Shown here piece after piece: positions 19,500 to 29,467 of a stretch of DNA of 64,000 nt; position 1 is the stretch's first letter, and each line of letters starts with the position of its first letter. The notes under the pieces are model-generated. The model was not told the origin of the DNA and did not search any database. It saw only the letters and a program-made list of their open reading frames with translations. The stretch covers positions 33,649 to 97,648 of the forward strand of contig JBFMCP010000006.1 in the NCBI GenBank assembly GCA_040754455.1. Reading direction: 5' to 3'. This DNA comes from Nitrospirota bacterium. GTDB taxonomy: Bacteria > Nitrospirota > Thermodesulfovibrionia > Thermodesulfovibrionales > Dissulfurispiraceae. The translations under genes were made by a program, and so were the position numbers.

Positions 19500-21578
19500 C
19501 GGATCGACATCAACCATCACCCTTATGCCTTTTATTCCCTCAAGCCGCCTGAGGACCTCCTGTGCCGCCGCATGCAGGGCCTTTCGCTCTTTCGATTTCA
19601 TGAGCACCTGAAAACAGTACCGGTGCGTCCGGGAGTGGCTGGGCACCGCTGCCGGCCCCAGTATCTCAACTTCCCGCAGGTCGCCCCTCCCCAGTACGCG
19701 CGCCACCTCAGCCTCATATATCTCGGGATTTTCCTTGGCACGCACGGTAAAAAGAACGAGCTTTGAAAAAGGCGGGTAGTCAAGCAGCTTTCTCTGGGAG
19801 AGCTCATAGTTATAAAAGCCGTCCAGGTCGAAATTTTTTATATAACGGAACATCCTGTTCTTCGGCATGAAGGTTTGCATGAAAAGAAAGCCGTTTGATC
19901 GTACCATCTGTGCGATGTACAGAACCTCCTGCATAGCATGCTCATGAGCCCTGAAGTCAGGCTGCGAAAGCAGGAGGTCCATGTTCAAAAAAGCAGCAGC
20001 CCCGAAAGCCTCATCTCCGGCGCCGGTATATTCGAGCCGCTTCGCATAGGCAGTCCCGATAACAAGCGGAGTCATATCAGCGGCAAGCGCAAGAGCATCC
20101 GGCTCAACGGTAGTGGCGGTTATTCTTCTTTGTCGCTTCATGCGCGATCCTTCTCTCTTTTCAAGGAGCACTGCTTCCGCGTGCAGTGCCTTTTCCACCT
20201 CCTCCTTCACCCGTTCGGTGCCGGCACCGAAAGGCACTATCGCCGTGCTTTTACACTGTTCACATTGGTCAGGAACAGACTCGCGATACCCGCAGTAATG
20301 GCACTTTGCTGTTTTTTCGTTCTTATGGAACACCAATGATGCGTTACACCGCTTACACCGGGCTATCGATCCGCATTCCTCGCACCGTATGAGCGAATAC
20401 CCCTTCCTGTTGATAAGGAAGAGCACCCGCTCGCCGGCCACCACAAGCCCTCCCGCGTGTCTCAGAAGCTCTCGGGACACCGGCAGATTTCCTTTGCCCT
20501 GCCGCCTCATATCTATGATCTTTACTCTAGGCCGTTCTACCTCGGGCACCCTGATCTCCTCCTCCTCACTGTACGGTTCGCCGGCTCGTGGCCGTTCCTT
20601 GCCTTTAAGTAAGGTGTATTTCCCGATGCGTGCATTCTGTACCGATTCCAGTGACGGACAGAGGGAGGAGAGCACCACGCAGGCATGCTCCATGAACCCC
20701 CGCATCACGGCAACATCTCTTCCGTTATAGCGAAGCCCCTCCTCTCCTTTATAGGAAGGACTGTGTTCCTCCAGTACCGCAACGAAAGAGAGCTTCTTAA
20801 GCGGGGCCAGGGCTGCTGAGCGCGTGCCGACCACAATGTCCGATACGCCATTGATGATGGCGCTGATCGCCTCACCTCTCTGGCGCTTGCCCAGCCTGCT
20901 GTGGAGCACGCTCAACCGCTCTCCTGCGAGAGGCCTCAGCAGCGCTTCCAGCCGGGGGATATGGCCGATTTCAGGGACGAGAATGATGATACCTCTCGCC
21001 TCATTCCCCACTGCCCTGATGATCTCGCTCAAAAAAAGGTACTCGTAAAAAACAAAGGGTGCCGGAAGAAGAAAAGCCTTGTAACACTCTTCCCTTATCG
21101 CCGCGACCACCGTTGCACAATGTTCATCAAAACGCTGAAAGTCGAGATGATGCTGCGGTGCGTCGATGGTTGAGGGAGGGGCGAACGGTATGCTATTATT
21201 AGTGGTGTCGTTTGCGTTCGCCCCTTCTGCCCGCCCCCTCTTTCGTCCCGTACCTTTTTCAAACATGGCTGCAAGGGTTTCCTCAAAAAAACTGCTCTTC
21301 AGGGCAATTCCCATAGGGGTCAGATAGTAGTCGGAGAGCCATTTCAGGAAGAGCGTCGTTGATGCTGCGGCAAAATGCTGATGAATAGCGGCAAGCTCTT
21401 TGATCCCCTTGCTCACCCCACTGTAGTTTTCTTCATGGGCACCGATAACTATCCCATAAGAGGTCTTGCGCATGAGCGGCGCTGCTACGATTCTGCCGAT
21501 GAGATCAGGCGGAGCGCAGGAAGGAACCCTGTAGGTAAGCGGACGGATTTTCAAGGGGAAGACGACATCGGCAAACAT
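19488..21578 (-). CDS. priA: Primosomal protein N' (PriA) with degenerate helicase motifs
   Basis: LVPEI, VVGTRSA, INRKGYS, four CxxC Zn knuckles, GAGTERV, PDFRA, YPPF, C-terminal DVDP. Confidence 0.9.
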   Translation of the reverse strand: MFADVVFPLKIRPLTYRVPSCAPPDLIGRIVAAPLMRKTSYGIVIGAHEENYSGVSKGIKELAAIHQHFAAASTTLFLKWLSDYYLTPMGIALKSSFFEETLAAMFEKGTGRKRGRAEGANANDTTNNSIPFAPPSTIDAPQHHLDFQRFDEHCATVVAAIREECYKAFLLPAPFVFYEYLFLSEIIRAVGNEARGIIILVPEIGHIPRLEALLRPLAGERLSVLHSRLGKRQRGEAISAIINGVSDIVVGTRSAALAPLKKLSFVAVLEEHSPSYKGEEGLRYNGRDVAVMRGFMEHACVVLSSLCPSLESVQNARIGKYTLLKGKERPRAGEPYSEEEEIRVPEVERPRVKIIDMRRQGKGNLPVSRELLRHAGGLVVAGERVLFLINRKGYSLIRCEECGSIARCKRCNASLVFHKNEKTAKCHYCGYRESVPDQCEQCKSTAIVPFGAGTERVKEEVEKALHAEAVLLEKREGSRMKRQRRITATTVEPDALALAADMTPLVIGTAYAKRLEYTGAGDEAFGAAAFLNMDLLLSQPDFRAHEHAMQEVLYIAQMVRSNGFLFMQTFMPKNRMFRYIKNFDLDGFYNYELSQRKLLDYPPFSKLVLFTVRAKENPEIYEAEVARVLGRGDLREVEILGPAAVPSHSRTHRYCFQVLMKSKERKALHAAAQEVLRRLEGIKGIRVMVDVDPLKI

Positions 21579-21633
21579 GATATGTAGGATAAAAAATAGG
21601 CGAACGGAAAAACAAGATAGATAAGGGGTTTGG

Positions 21634-21663
21634 TTGACATTGCCCGGCTAAAAGGGGTAATAT
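21634..21663 (+). promoter_or_regulatory. Putative sigma70 promoter of clpC
   Basis: TTGACA-N18-TAATAT, about 40 nt upstream of the ATG. Confidence 0.45.
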
Positions 21664-21702
21664 TTGCATAGAAGACTTACAACATTTTAGAGGTGAAAAA
21701 GG

Positions 21703-24156
21703 ATGTTTGAGAAATTTACCGAACGAGGTCGCAAGATCATAATATATGCCAAGGAGGAAGCCGAACGGAGGAGCAACGACTACCTCGGCACCGAGCACCT
21801 TCTTCTGGCCATATTGAGAGAAGAGGACAGCATTCCCATCACCATCATCAAGAAGATGGGATTGAATATAGATGAAATAAAGTTCGAAATAGAGAAAAAC
21901 CTTCCTATCGGCGGTAACCTCTTGACTTTCGGAGATATTCCCTTTACACCGCGGGCAAAGAAAGTGCTCGAGCTCGCCATAGAAGAGGCCAGGCTGTTAG
22001 GCCACAACTATATCGGCAGCGAGCATCTCCTCCTCGGCCTTATCAGAGAGGATGAGGGTATCGCCGGAAAGATACTGAGGAATCTCGGTGCAAACCTCCT
22101 CGCTGCCCGCCAGCTGACCATCAATCTCGCTATCAAACCGCAATTCCAGCAGGCGAGCCAGAAGGAACGGAGGAAGACCAACACCCCTGCCCTGGATGAG
22201 TTCGGAAGGGATCTGACCATGCTCGCGGTCGAAGGAAAACTCGATCCGGTCATCGGAAGAGATGACGAGATCGAGCGCGTCCTGCAGATCCTTGGCAGGA
22301 GAATCAAGAACAATCCGGCTATCATCGGCGAACCCGGCGTCGGAAAAACCGCTATTGTCGAAGGACTTGCCCAGAAGATCGTTGCCGGTGATGTCCCCGA
22401 CAGCCTTATCGGCAAGAGAATCATCTCCCTTGATCTCGGCGCCCTGATCGCAGGCACCAAATACAGAGGCCAGTTCGAGGAACGGCTGAAGGCGGTCATG
22501 AGAGAAATCCTGCAGTCAGAGAATGTCATCCTCTTCATCGACGAGTTCCATACCCTCATCGGTGCGGGAGCGGCGGAAGGCTCGGTCGATGCATCGAACA
22601 TGCTGAAACCGGCGCTCTCAAGGGGCGAGCTGCAGTGCATCGGCGCGACAACACCCGATGAATACAGGAAGTATATCGAGAAAGACGGCGCACTGGAGCG
22701 GAGATTCCAGTCTGTGTACATACAGCCGCCTGCGGTCGAAACAGCGATAGATATACTCAAGGGTCTGCGGCCGAGGTATGAGAACCATCACAAAGTGAAA
22801 ATCCAGGATGATTCCGTCGAGGCAGCGGTGAAGCTCTCTGACCGGTACATCACCGACCGGTACCTGCCTGACAAGGCGATCGATGTTATCGACGAGACCG
22901 GTTCACGGATAAAGCTCAAGAGATCCACCATGCCCCAGGAGCTGAGGGATATGGAGACCGAGCTGATCCAGCTCTCGAAGGAAAAGAGCCTGTATGTACG
23001 GCTGCATGATATCGACAAGGCTCAGAGCATCCGGGTAAAAGAGGACAAGCTCAGGAAGACGTATGAGCACCAATATAAAAAATGGAAGGACTCGCTGAGC
23101 AAAGAGGTTCCGGTAGTCACTGAAGAGGATGTTGCCTACACCGTTTCGAAGATGACCGGCATCCCTCTCTTCAAGCTCGAAGAGACAGAGTCCGAAAAGC
23201 TTATCAAGATGGAAGAGATCCTGCACCAGAGGATCATCGGGCAGGATGAGGGCATCAGGGCGATTGCGAAGGCAATACGCCGCTCCAGAGCAGGCCTGAA
23301 GCACAAGAACAGGCCGATCGGCTCGTTCTTCCTCCTCGGCCCTACTGGCGTCGGAAAGACCGAGCTCGCAAAAGCGTTGGCCGAATTCATGTTCAACGAT
23401 GAGACCGCCCTGATAAAAGTCGATATGTCCGAATACATGGAGCGGTTCAATGTGTCACGGCTGACCGGCGCACCTCCCGGTTACGTGGGATACGAAGAGG
23501 GAGGCCAGCTGACCGAGAAGGTCCGCAAGCGGCCCTATTCAGTCATCCTCTTTGACGAGATCGAGAAGGCGCACCAGGATGTCTTCAACATGCTTCTCCA
23601 GATACTGGACGAAGGCGTGCTGACGGACAGCTACGGCAGGAAGATCGATTTCAGAAACACGATCATCATGATGACCTCCAACCTGGGGGCAAGGATCATC
23701 GAGAAGGCGACACCGCTCGGCTTCTTCCGTACCTCAGGATCGGAAGACACCTACGGGAAGATCAAGGACAATGTCCTTTCCGAGCTGAAGAAAACCTTCA
23801 ACCCCGAGTTCCTCAACCGTGTCGATGATATCGTGGTCTTCCACCCTCTCGAAAAAGAGCACCTGCTCTCCATCATCGATCTGCTGCTCATCGAGACGAA
23901 CAAGAAGCTCACCGAGCATGCGTTGACCGTAGAGGTATCTCCTGAGGCAAAGGAGTGGCTGCTCAACAAATACTATCAGCCCGCCTACGGTGCGCGGCCG
24001 ATGAGAAGAGCGATCTCCAAGGAGATCGAAGACCCGCTCTCCGAGGAGATCATCAAGGGCAGATTCAAGAACACGTCGGTGGTCAAGGTAGTTCTTGAAG
24101 GTGACAAGCTCACCTTTAAAGAGGCCGAAGAAGCGGTGCTGGTGTCGGTCAACTAA
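21703..24156 (+). CDS. clpC: ATP-dependent Clp protease ATP-binding subunit ClpC
   Basis: MFEKFTER and two Clp-N repeats; [16 protein letters not shown]; short middle domain; PEFLNR; GARP. Confidence 0.93.
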   Translation: MFEKFTERGRKIIIYAKEEAERRSNDYLGTEHLLLAILREEDSIPITIIKKMGLNIDEIKFEIEKNLPIGGNLLTFGDIPFTPRAKKVLELAIEEARLLGHNYIGSEHLLLGLIREDEGIAGKILRNLGANLLAARQLTINLAIKPQFQQASQKERRKTNTPALDEFGRDLTMLAVEGKLDPVIGRDDEIERVLQILGRRIKNNPAIIGEPGVGKTAIVEGLAQKIVAGDVPDSLIGKRIISLDLGALIAGTKYRGQFEERLKAVMREILQSENVILFIDEFHTLIGAGAAEGSVDASNMLKPALSRGELQCIGATTPDEYRKYIEKDGALERRFQSVYIQPPAVETAIDILKGLRPRYENHHKVKIQDDSVEAAVKLSDRYITDRYLPDKAIDVIDETGSRIKLKRSTMPQELRDMETELIQLSKEKSLYVRLHDIDKAQSIRVKEDKLRKTYEHQYKKWKDSLSKEVPVVTEEDVAYTVSKMTGIPLFKLEETESEKLIKMEEILHQRIIGQDEGIRAIAKAIRRSRAGLKHKNRPIGSFFLLGPTGVGKTELAKALAEFMFNDETALIKVDMSEYMERFNVSRLTGAPPGYVGYEEGGQLTEKVRKRPYSVILFDEIEKAHQDVFNMLLQILDEGVLTDSYGRKIDFRNTIIMMTSNLGARIIEKATPLGFFRTSGSEDTYGKIKDNVLSELKKTFNPEFLNRVDDIVVFHPLEKEHLLSIIDLLLIETNKKLTEHALTVEVSPEAKEWLLNKYYQPAYGARPMRRAISKEIEDPLSEEIIKGRFKNTSVVKVVLEGDKLTFKEAEEAVLVSVN

Positions 24157-24180
24157 AAACGACCGCATCCCACATACATA

Positions 24181-24221
24181 AAAACAGCCTGTCATCTTTC
24201 AAGGTGGCAGGCTTTTTTTTT
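24181..24221 (+). terminator. Intrinsic terminator after clpC
   Basis: AGCCTGTCATC-TTTCAA-GGTGGCAGGCT stem followed by a long T tract. Confidence 0.8.
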
Positions 24222-24277
24222 ATGAAGCCAGTTGCTATAATAATGTACTTCACATCATTTTATCCCAGGGAGCTATC

Positions 24278-24805
24278 GTGAACACTAAGACTATCACCTT
24301 ATTGCTTCTCCTTATTGTAGGCGTTGCCGGTGTCGTCCTCCTTTCGAGGACCGAAGAAAAGCCACGCGCAACAACAGCGGTCAAGGGCCTCGACGCCCCT
24401 GCCTTCGAGCTGAAGGACACCACAGGGAAGGTGTGGAAGCTCTCGGATCTGAAGGGCAAGGTGGTGCTGGTGAATTTCTGGGCCACCTGGTGCGACACCT
24501 GTAAAGAGGAAAAGCCTTCCCTCGTGAACCTGATCAATAGTGAGAAAGGGAATGACAAATTCGTCTTTGTCTCGGTGCTCTTCAGGGACGATCCGGCCAA
24601 GGTGCCGGCTTATATGAGGGAGTACGGTTACTCTTTCCCCGTTCTCATCGACGACAAAAATATTGCCAAGGCCTATGGACTGACCGGCGTCCCCGAAAGC
24701 TTCCTGATCGACAAGAATGGAATACTCAGAGAGAAGGTCATCGGCCCGATGCAGTGGGATACCCCTGAGGTCAAGGCAGTTATTGCAAAACTCATCGGCG
24801 AATAG
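24278..24805 (+). CDS. TlpA/ResA family thiol-disulfide oxidoreductase
   Basis: N-terminal TM helix, VNFWATWCDTC, GVPESFLID. Confidence 0.9.
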   Translation: MNTKTITLLLLLIVGVAGVVLLSRTEEKPRATTAVKGLDAPAFELKDTTGKVWKLSDLKGKVVLVNFWATWCDTCKEEKPSLVNLINSEKGNDKFVFVSVLFRDDPAKVPAYMREYGYSFPVLIDDKNIAKAYGLTGVPESFLIDKNGILREKVIGPMQWDTPEVKAVIAKLIGE

Positions 24806-24808
24806 TCG

Positions 24809-25342
24809 ATGCGGAGAAGATCCCCTACCCCTCCTGAAAAGGCGCTTCTCCTGATCGGCACGCTCTTCTCTGATGATGCCTCCTTTGTCAAGGCGCAGCA
24901 GGTGCTTGAAGAGACGTTTGGCGAGATCATCATGGAGAGTCCCGTCATCCCCTGGAATTTTTCCGAACACTATAAGCAGGAGCTCGGCGAGCCCATCTAC
25001 CGCAAGTTCCTCTTCTTCAAAAATCTCATTGATCAGGATCAGCTCGCCTCGATCAAACTGAAGACCTTCGAGATCGAAAACAATCTTTCCATAGACGGAA
25101 AGCGGACCATCAATATCGATCCCGGCTACCTGACCCTCGCAAAACTCGTCCTGGCCACCACAAAGGATTATTCCCACCGCCTTTACCTCGGACAGGGCGT
25201 TTACGCAGAAGTGACGCTCATCTACAACAAAGAGGGCAGGTTTGTTCCTCTTCCCAACACCTATAGAGATTTTCAGGACGAGCGGTACCAGAAAACCTTT
25301 TTAATGGCGCGGATGCTGCTGTACGCTCTCCTGGGCAGGTGA
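24809..25342 (+). CDS. DUF4416 family protein
   Basis: YKQELG, RTINIDPGY, LATTKDYSHRLYL, IYN...TYRD. Confidence 0.8.
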   Translation: MRRRSPTPPEKALLLIGTLFSDDASFVKAQQVLEETFGEIIMESPVIPWNFSEHYKQELGEPIYRKFLFFKNLIDQDQLASIKLKTFEIENNLSIDGKRTINIDPGYLTLAKLVLATTKDYSHRLYLGQGVYAEVTLIYNKEGRFVPLPNTYRDFQDERYQKTFLMARMLLYALLGR

Positions 25343-25413
25343 ATCGGAAGCAGAACTTACGCTTTATGTGTGATTTTGAAACTCACGCGGGGTAACGGCA
25401 GGGACAGGTACTG

Positions 25414-26019
25414 CTACAGCAGCACCAGAAGGCTCATCATTGCAATCGACCAGATGATGTCCAGCGGCAGTTGGAGCTCGCAGGTCGAATCAAAGAGAAT
25501 ATCCACGCGCGGCGGGAATTCCTCATCGGCAAGCCATAGGATCACCGTCACCGGGACCCGGGGCACGGGAAAGAGCGTAAACGAGGCATCGCCATATCCT
25601 GCTTGTATGCCGTCGAAATGCGCCCCCTTCTTCAAAAAACCCTCGCGGTCGTTGCGGTACTTTTCCGCAACTTTGTCGAGCGGCAGCACATGTGACCCTC
25701 TGAAAAAAAGCTGCCCCCCCGTAAGGTTGACCGGCGCAACGAGCTTGCCTGAAAGGGCAATGTCCTTTGCGCTGACAAGATACCAGGGCACGGAGAGCCG
25801 GAAGAAATAGGCGAGGCGGTTCAGGAAGAGCGCACTGTCAGGTGCTTCACTCGTGATCTTTCCCTCCTTGGGTGAAATAAGGAAATCCTTGCCGCAGGAA
25901 CGCAATGTATACATGCCTGAGGCTTTGTCAAAAGTGACCTGCGCGTTCCTGCAGACCTGATCGGGATCGAGACCGGAAAGTATTTCCCAGGCTTTATCTT
26001 CTCCGGGAGCAATCGACAT
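25414..26019 (-). CDS. DUF3786 family protein
   Basis: GGQLFF, PRVPVTVILWLADEEFPP...LFD motif. Confidence 0.75.
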   Translation of the reverse strand: MSIAPGEDKAWEILSGLDPDQVCRNAQVTFDKASGMYTLRSCGKDFLISPKEGKITSEAPDSALFLNRLAYFFRLSVPWYLVSAKDIALSGKLVAPVNLTGGQLFFRGSHVLPLDKVAEKYRNDREGFLKKGAHFDGIQAGYGDASFTLFPVPRVPVTVILWLADEEFPPRVDILFDSTCELQLPLDIIWSIAMMSLLVLL

Positions 26020-26128
26020 AGATTAATTATACCTTATACCACACAAAGTTTTGATAGTAACGGTGCGCAGGTTATTTAAAATCCAATGTGCAGCAGGCAG
26101 AAAAGGAGTTTACAGAGGGAACTTCCGC

Positions 26129-26632
26129 CTACTTTCTTTTCATGAGAAGCTTGCTGAGGCTTACAATAATCTCCACATCCTCCACTCCCGCCTTCTTACG
26201 CACAATTACTTTCACCACATCAGGAGCTACGACCTGGACATTTGAATCTTTTACCGTGCCTACATATTTATCGAGAGAGAACACTCTCTTGTGTCTTCGT
26301 GAATAGAAATCCACCGGAGCATGCCAGGGCTGGTGCCCGCCGGAGCTATACCTGCCGATTATGAAGAACCTGGAATCAGGCGTCCAAGTAGCGTGATTGA
26401 CGACCCAGCCGTGACTGCCGTCGGAAGAACTATAATCCTTTTCAAAAATAAGCGCTCCGTTCATTTTCCGGATCTCGATACGGCTTTCCGGGAGCCCGGA
26501 GCCCTCTTTGCTCACCGGGACCACCAGGGCACGGAGACGGCCATCCGGAGAGATATATTCCTTTTGTCCCCTTGCGTATCCGGCAGCTGGAAGCATAACA
26601 AACAGCAAAACTACCAGCATCCATCTCAGCAT
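26129..26632 (-). CDS. Hypothetical exported protein
   Basis: GAGGAG RBS; signal peptide; SPDG and WTPDSRF beta-propeller-like motifs. Confidence 0.65.
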   Translation of the reverse strand: MLRWMLVVLLFVMLPAAGYARGQKEYISPDGRLRALVVPVSKEGSGLPESRIEIRKMNGALIFEKDYSSSDGSHGWVVNHATWTPDSRFFIIGRYSSGGHQPWHAPVDFYSRRHKRVFSLDKYVGTVKDSNVQVVAPDVVKVIVRKKAGVEDVEIIVSLSKLLMKRK

Positions 26633-26829
26633 GTGCTATCCTCCTCATTACACCACCTTTTGAAAGTATCGAAATTATAGCAGAATCAGCGCTGCAGCGT
26701 GGAAGTGAGTATTCACCTGATGCATTATTGTCGTCACCTACGTTGTTCAACCTCTTGCTGACAAAGCTGGTCTCTATAATGTAAAATATTACGATATACC
26801 GACCTGGGGCGGTATATAAGTTATTGACT

Positions 26830-26919
26830 GGAGAGGTGACCGAGAGGCCGAAGGTGCACGACTGGAAATCGTGTGTGGGGTCAAACTCACCCAGGGTTCG
26901 AATCCCTGCCTCTCCGCCA
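26830..26919 (+). tRNA. tRNA-Ser(GGA)
   Basis: GGAGAGG...CACGA-CTGGAAA-TCGTG, long variable arm, GGTTCGAATCC, CCTCTCCGCCA. Confidence 0.96.
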
Positions 26920-26928
26920 GAATTTAAA

Positions 26929-27002
26929 GTTCACTGTTCACGGTTCATTGTTCATGGTTTCCTGCTATTTACAACGAACAGTAAACGGTAAACCATAAGC
27001 GG
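26929..27002. repeat. Inverted heptamer arrays (GTTCAYN)n ... (AAACNRT-like)n
   Basis: gttcact gttcacg gttcatt gttcatg gtt ... gaacagt aaacggt aaaccat aagcgg. Confidence 0.75.
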
Positions 27003-27015
27003 TCTTTCTACAGCC

Positions 27016-27114
27016 GGGGGCTGGCCCTGCGCAGCAGGCTCGTGTGAATCCCGCCAGGTCCGGAAGGAAGCAACGGTAAGCATTCTGTCTGGGTGCCGCA
27101 GCAAGCCGGCCCCA
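27016..27114 (+). ncRNA. ffs: Signal recognition particle RNA (4.5S)
   Basis: CCAGGTCCGGAAGGAAGCAAC domain IV core; terminal GGGGCTGG/CCGGCCCC pairing; upstream of dnaX. Confidence 0.93.
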
Positions 27115-27124
27115 TAAACGTAAA

Positions 27125-27195
27125 GCGTTATGCGTTGAGCGTTATAGCGTAAAAATAAAATGTTATAAACGCGATAAATGCTGTACGCTATAACG
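27125..27195. repeat. GCGTTATA-family inverted element, copy 4
   Basis: gcgttatgcgttgagcgttatagcgt ... aacgcgataaatgctgtacgctataacg. Confidence 0.7.
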
Positions 27196-27243
27196 ATGGC
27201 GAGCCGGTCCCCGGGTGTAGAAAGAAAGGCTGAGGATATAAAG

Positions 27244-27320
27244 GGCAAAAATCAAAGAGCAAAAATAAAAAATAGGGACTCTTTATTTTTTCATTTTGCT
27301 CTTTACATTTTGATTTTTTT
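27244..27320. repeat. Inverted A-rich heptamer-like arrays (CAAAAAT ... ATTTTG)
   Basis: gcaaaaatcaaagagcaaaaataaaaaatag ... ttattttttcattttgctctttacattttgatttttt. Confidence 0.6.
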
Positions 27321-27329
27321 CGAGGATAA

Positions 27330-28967
27330 ATGGCGTACCTGGTTTTAGCACGAAAATGGAGACCGCAGACCTTCGATGATCTCGTCGGTCAGGAGCATGT
27401 AGCCCGTATTCTCAAAAACGCCATCACCAACAGCAAGGTAGCCCACGCATACATCTTCTCCGGTCCCCGCGGTGTCGGCAAGACATCGACCGCACGTATT
27501 CTTGCAAAAGCACTGAACTGTATTCAGGGGCCGACGCCCGATCCCTGCGGAACGTGCCCCTCGTGCACGGCGGTTGCCGACGGCTCATCCATCGATGTCT
27601 CCGAAATCGACGGTGCTTCGAATACCGGCGTCGATAACATCCGGGACCTCAGGGAGAGGATCAGGTATGCCCCCTCTGAAAGCAGGTACAAGATATATAT
27701 TATTGACGAGGCGCATATGCTCTCCACCTCTGCCTTCAACGCCTTGCTCAAGACACTCGAAGAGCCGCCGCCTCATGTGATCTTTGTGCTCGCAACGACC
27801 GAGCCCAAGAAGATTCCCCCGACCGTGCTTTCACGATGCCAGCATCTGCCGTTCAAAAGAATCTCTGGGCAACAGATCAAGGGACGGCTGAAGGTCATTG
27901 CCGATGCCGAAAAGATAAGTATCGCCGGGCCTGCACTCGATATGATTGCCCGGGCAGCTGAAGGGAGCATGAGAGACGCTCTGACGATTCTGGACCAGAT
28001 CGTCTCCTTTACGGAAAATATCACCGCCGCTGAGGTCAAAGACCTGCTCGGTATTACCGATACCGAGACCCTCTCCCGACTCACGGCAGCGGTTATCGAA
28101 GGCAATCGCAAAGAGATCATCAACCTGCTCGCAGAGCTTACCGATACCGGGACCGACCTCAAGGCGTTCACCAGGGACCTCTTACAATTCATAAGGAACC
28201 TCCTGATTGCAAAGATAGTGGATGAGCCGGAAGGTATCGTTGATCTGAGTGAAGAGGAAGTAGCGTCGATCGGCACGATAAAAGACAGCACCACCGAAGA
28301 GCACCTCGCCCTCATCCTCTCCGACCTGATTAAAGCAGAGCCGGGCATCAGAGGGGCCTTCTATCCGAGGATCGCCCTCGAGATGGCGCTCCTCAGATTA
28401 AGCTTCCTCAACCATCTTACCGTGATCAATGAAGCCCTCAGGGTCGTACAGGGCGCGGATACCGGTGACCGGCGGACCAGCCGCACGCTGCCTGCAGGAA
28501 GTGAAAAAAAAAATGAACAAATAGTTTCGGAAAACAAGCCAAACAGAGATATTCCTGTCCCGTCCACACCTCCCCCCCGTCAGTTTCCTGAGAGGAACAC
28601 GCCACTGCCCGACCTCTGGAACAAGGTACTCGATGCCATCGACGAGACCAACCATCCGCTTGCGAGCAAGCTGAGGGATGGCAAGGCATCCTTCGCTGCC
28701 GATGAAATTACGATTGTCTTTAACGGCGGCATGTCAGTGCATGTCGAATCGGTGAAAGAGAATCTTCCGGCAATCAGGGACATGATCAAGGAGCGGTCGG
28801 GAAAAACAGTATCATTTAAAATCGAGACCGCGAAATCAACGGGAATAAGCAAAAAAGAGTTGAAGGAGAAGGCGCTTCGGAATCCGGTGGTGGTGGAGGC
28901 GCTCGAATTGTTCGAGGGCAGGATCGTTGATGTCATCCCGATGAATAATAAGAGCGAGATATCCTAG
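27330..28967 (+). CDS. dnaX: DNA polymerase III subunit gamma/tau
   Basis: LARKWRPQTF, GPRGVGKT, IIDEAHML, LKTLEEPP, SRC. Confidence 0.97.
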   Translation: MAYLVLARKWRPQTFDDLVGQEHVARILKNAITNSKVAHAYIFSGPRGVGKTSTARILAKALNCIQGPTPDPCGTCPSCTAVADGSSIDVSEIDGASNTGVDNIRDLRERIRYAPSESRYKIYIIDEAHMLSTSAFNALLKTLEEPPPHVIFVLATTEPKKIPPTVLSRCQHLPFKRISGQQIKGRLKVIADAEKISIAGPALDMIARAAEGSMRDALTILDQIVSFTENITAAEVKDLLGITDTETLSRLTAAVIEGNRKEIINLLAELTDTGTDLKAFTRDLLQFIRNLLIAKIVDEPEGIVDLSEEEVASIGTIKDSTTEEHLALILSDLIKAEPGIRGAFYPRIALEMALLRLSFLNHLTVINEALRVVQGADTGDRRTSRTLPAGSEKKNEQIVSENKPNRDIPVPSTPPPRQFPERNTPLPDLWNKVLDAIDETNHPLASKLRDGKASFAADEITIVFNGGMSVHVESVKENLPAIRDMIKERSGKTVSFKIETAKSTGISKKELKEKALRNPVVVEALELFEGRIVDVIPMNNKSEIS

Positions 28968-29032
28968 CGGTACTTATGTTTTAGTATATAATTATTAGAA
29001 AACCGGGAAAAAAACAGCCAAAGGAGGCGAAG

Positions 29033-29374
29033 ATGTCGAAGAAGATGCTCGGAGATATAATGCGTGAGGCGCAGAAGCTGCAGGCCGAAATGCAGAAAAT
29101 GCAGGAAGCGGCAAAGACCAAAACGGTTGAGGCCACAGCCGGCGGCGGCATGGTCACCGTCGTTGCAAACGGCGGCGGCGAGCTGGTATCGATAAAGATA
29201 GAGAAAGATGTGGTCAATCCTGACGATGTCGATATGCTCCAGGACCTCATCCTCGCTGCATCGAATGAAGCGCTGAGGAGGGCCCAGCAGATGATGAATG
29301 AGGAGATGTCGAAGCTTACGATGGGGATGCAGCTGCCGGGCATGGGCGGACTGGGCAACCTCTTCGGAAAATAA
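29033..29374 (+). CDS. ybaB: YbaB/EbfC nucleoid-associated protein
   Basis: AGGGMVTV, DDVDMLQDLILAA; dnaX-ybaB-recR synteny. Confidence 0.93.
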   Translation: MSKKMLGDIMREAQKLQAEMQKMQEAAKTKTVEATAGGGMVTVVANGGGELVSIKIEKDVVNPDDVDMLQDLILAASNEALRRAQQMMNEEMSKLTMGMQLPGMGGLGNLFGK

Positions 29375-29377
29375 ACG

Positions 29378-29459
29378 GCGTTCAGCGTTGGGCGTTATAG
29401 CGTCTATTGCGATTAAACGTAATAAACTCTGAACGCGATGAACGCCGCACGCAATAACG
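29378..29459. repeat. GCGTTATA-family inverted element, copy 5
   Basis: gcgttcagcgttgggcgttatagcgtctattgcg ... aacgcgatgaacgccgcacgcaataacg. Confidence 0.7.
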
Positions 29460-29467
29460 GTTTTCTT

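Noticed and set aside
26830..27002. Integrated element at tRNA-Ser or tRNA-Gln
   Set aside because: No integrase and no duplicated tRNA 3' end seen; the flanking synteny is housekeeping
28455..28620. Low-complexity Pro-rich stretch in dnaX as a repeat insertion or frameshift site
   Set aside because: It fits the usual variable tau linker; the A-run near 28504 is suggestive of slippage but has no further support
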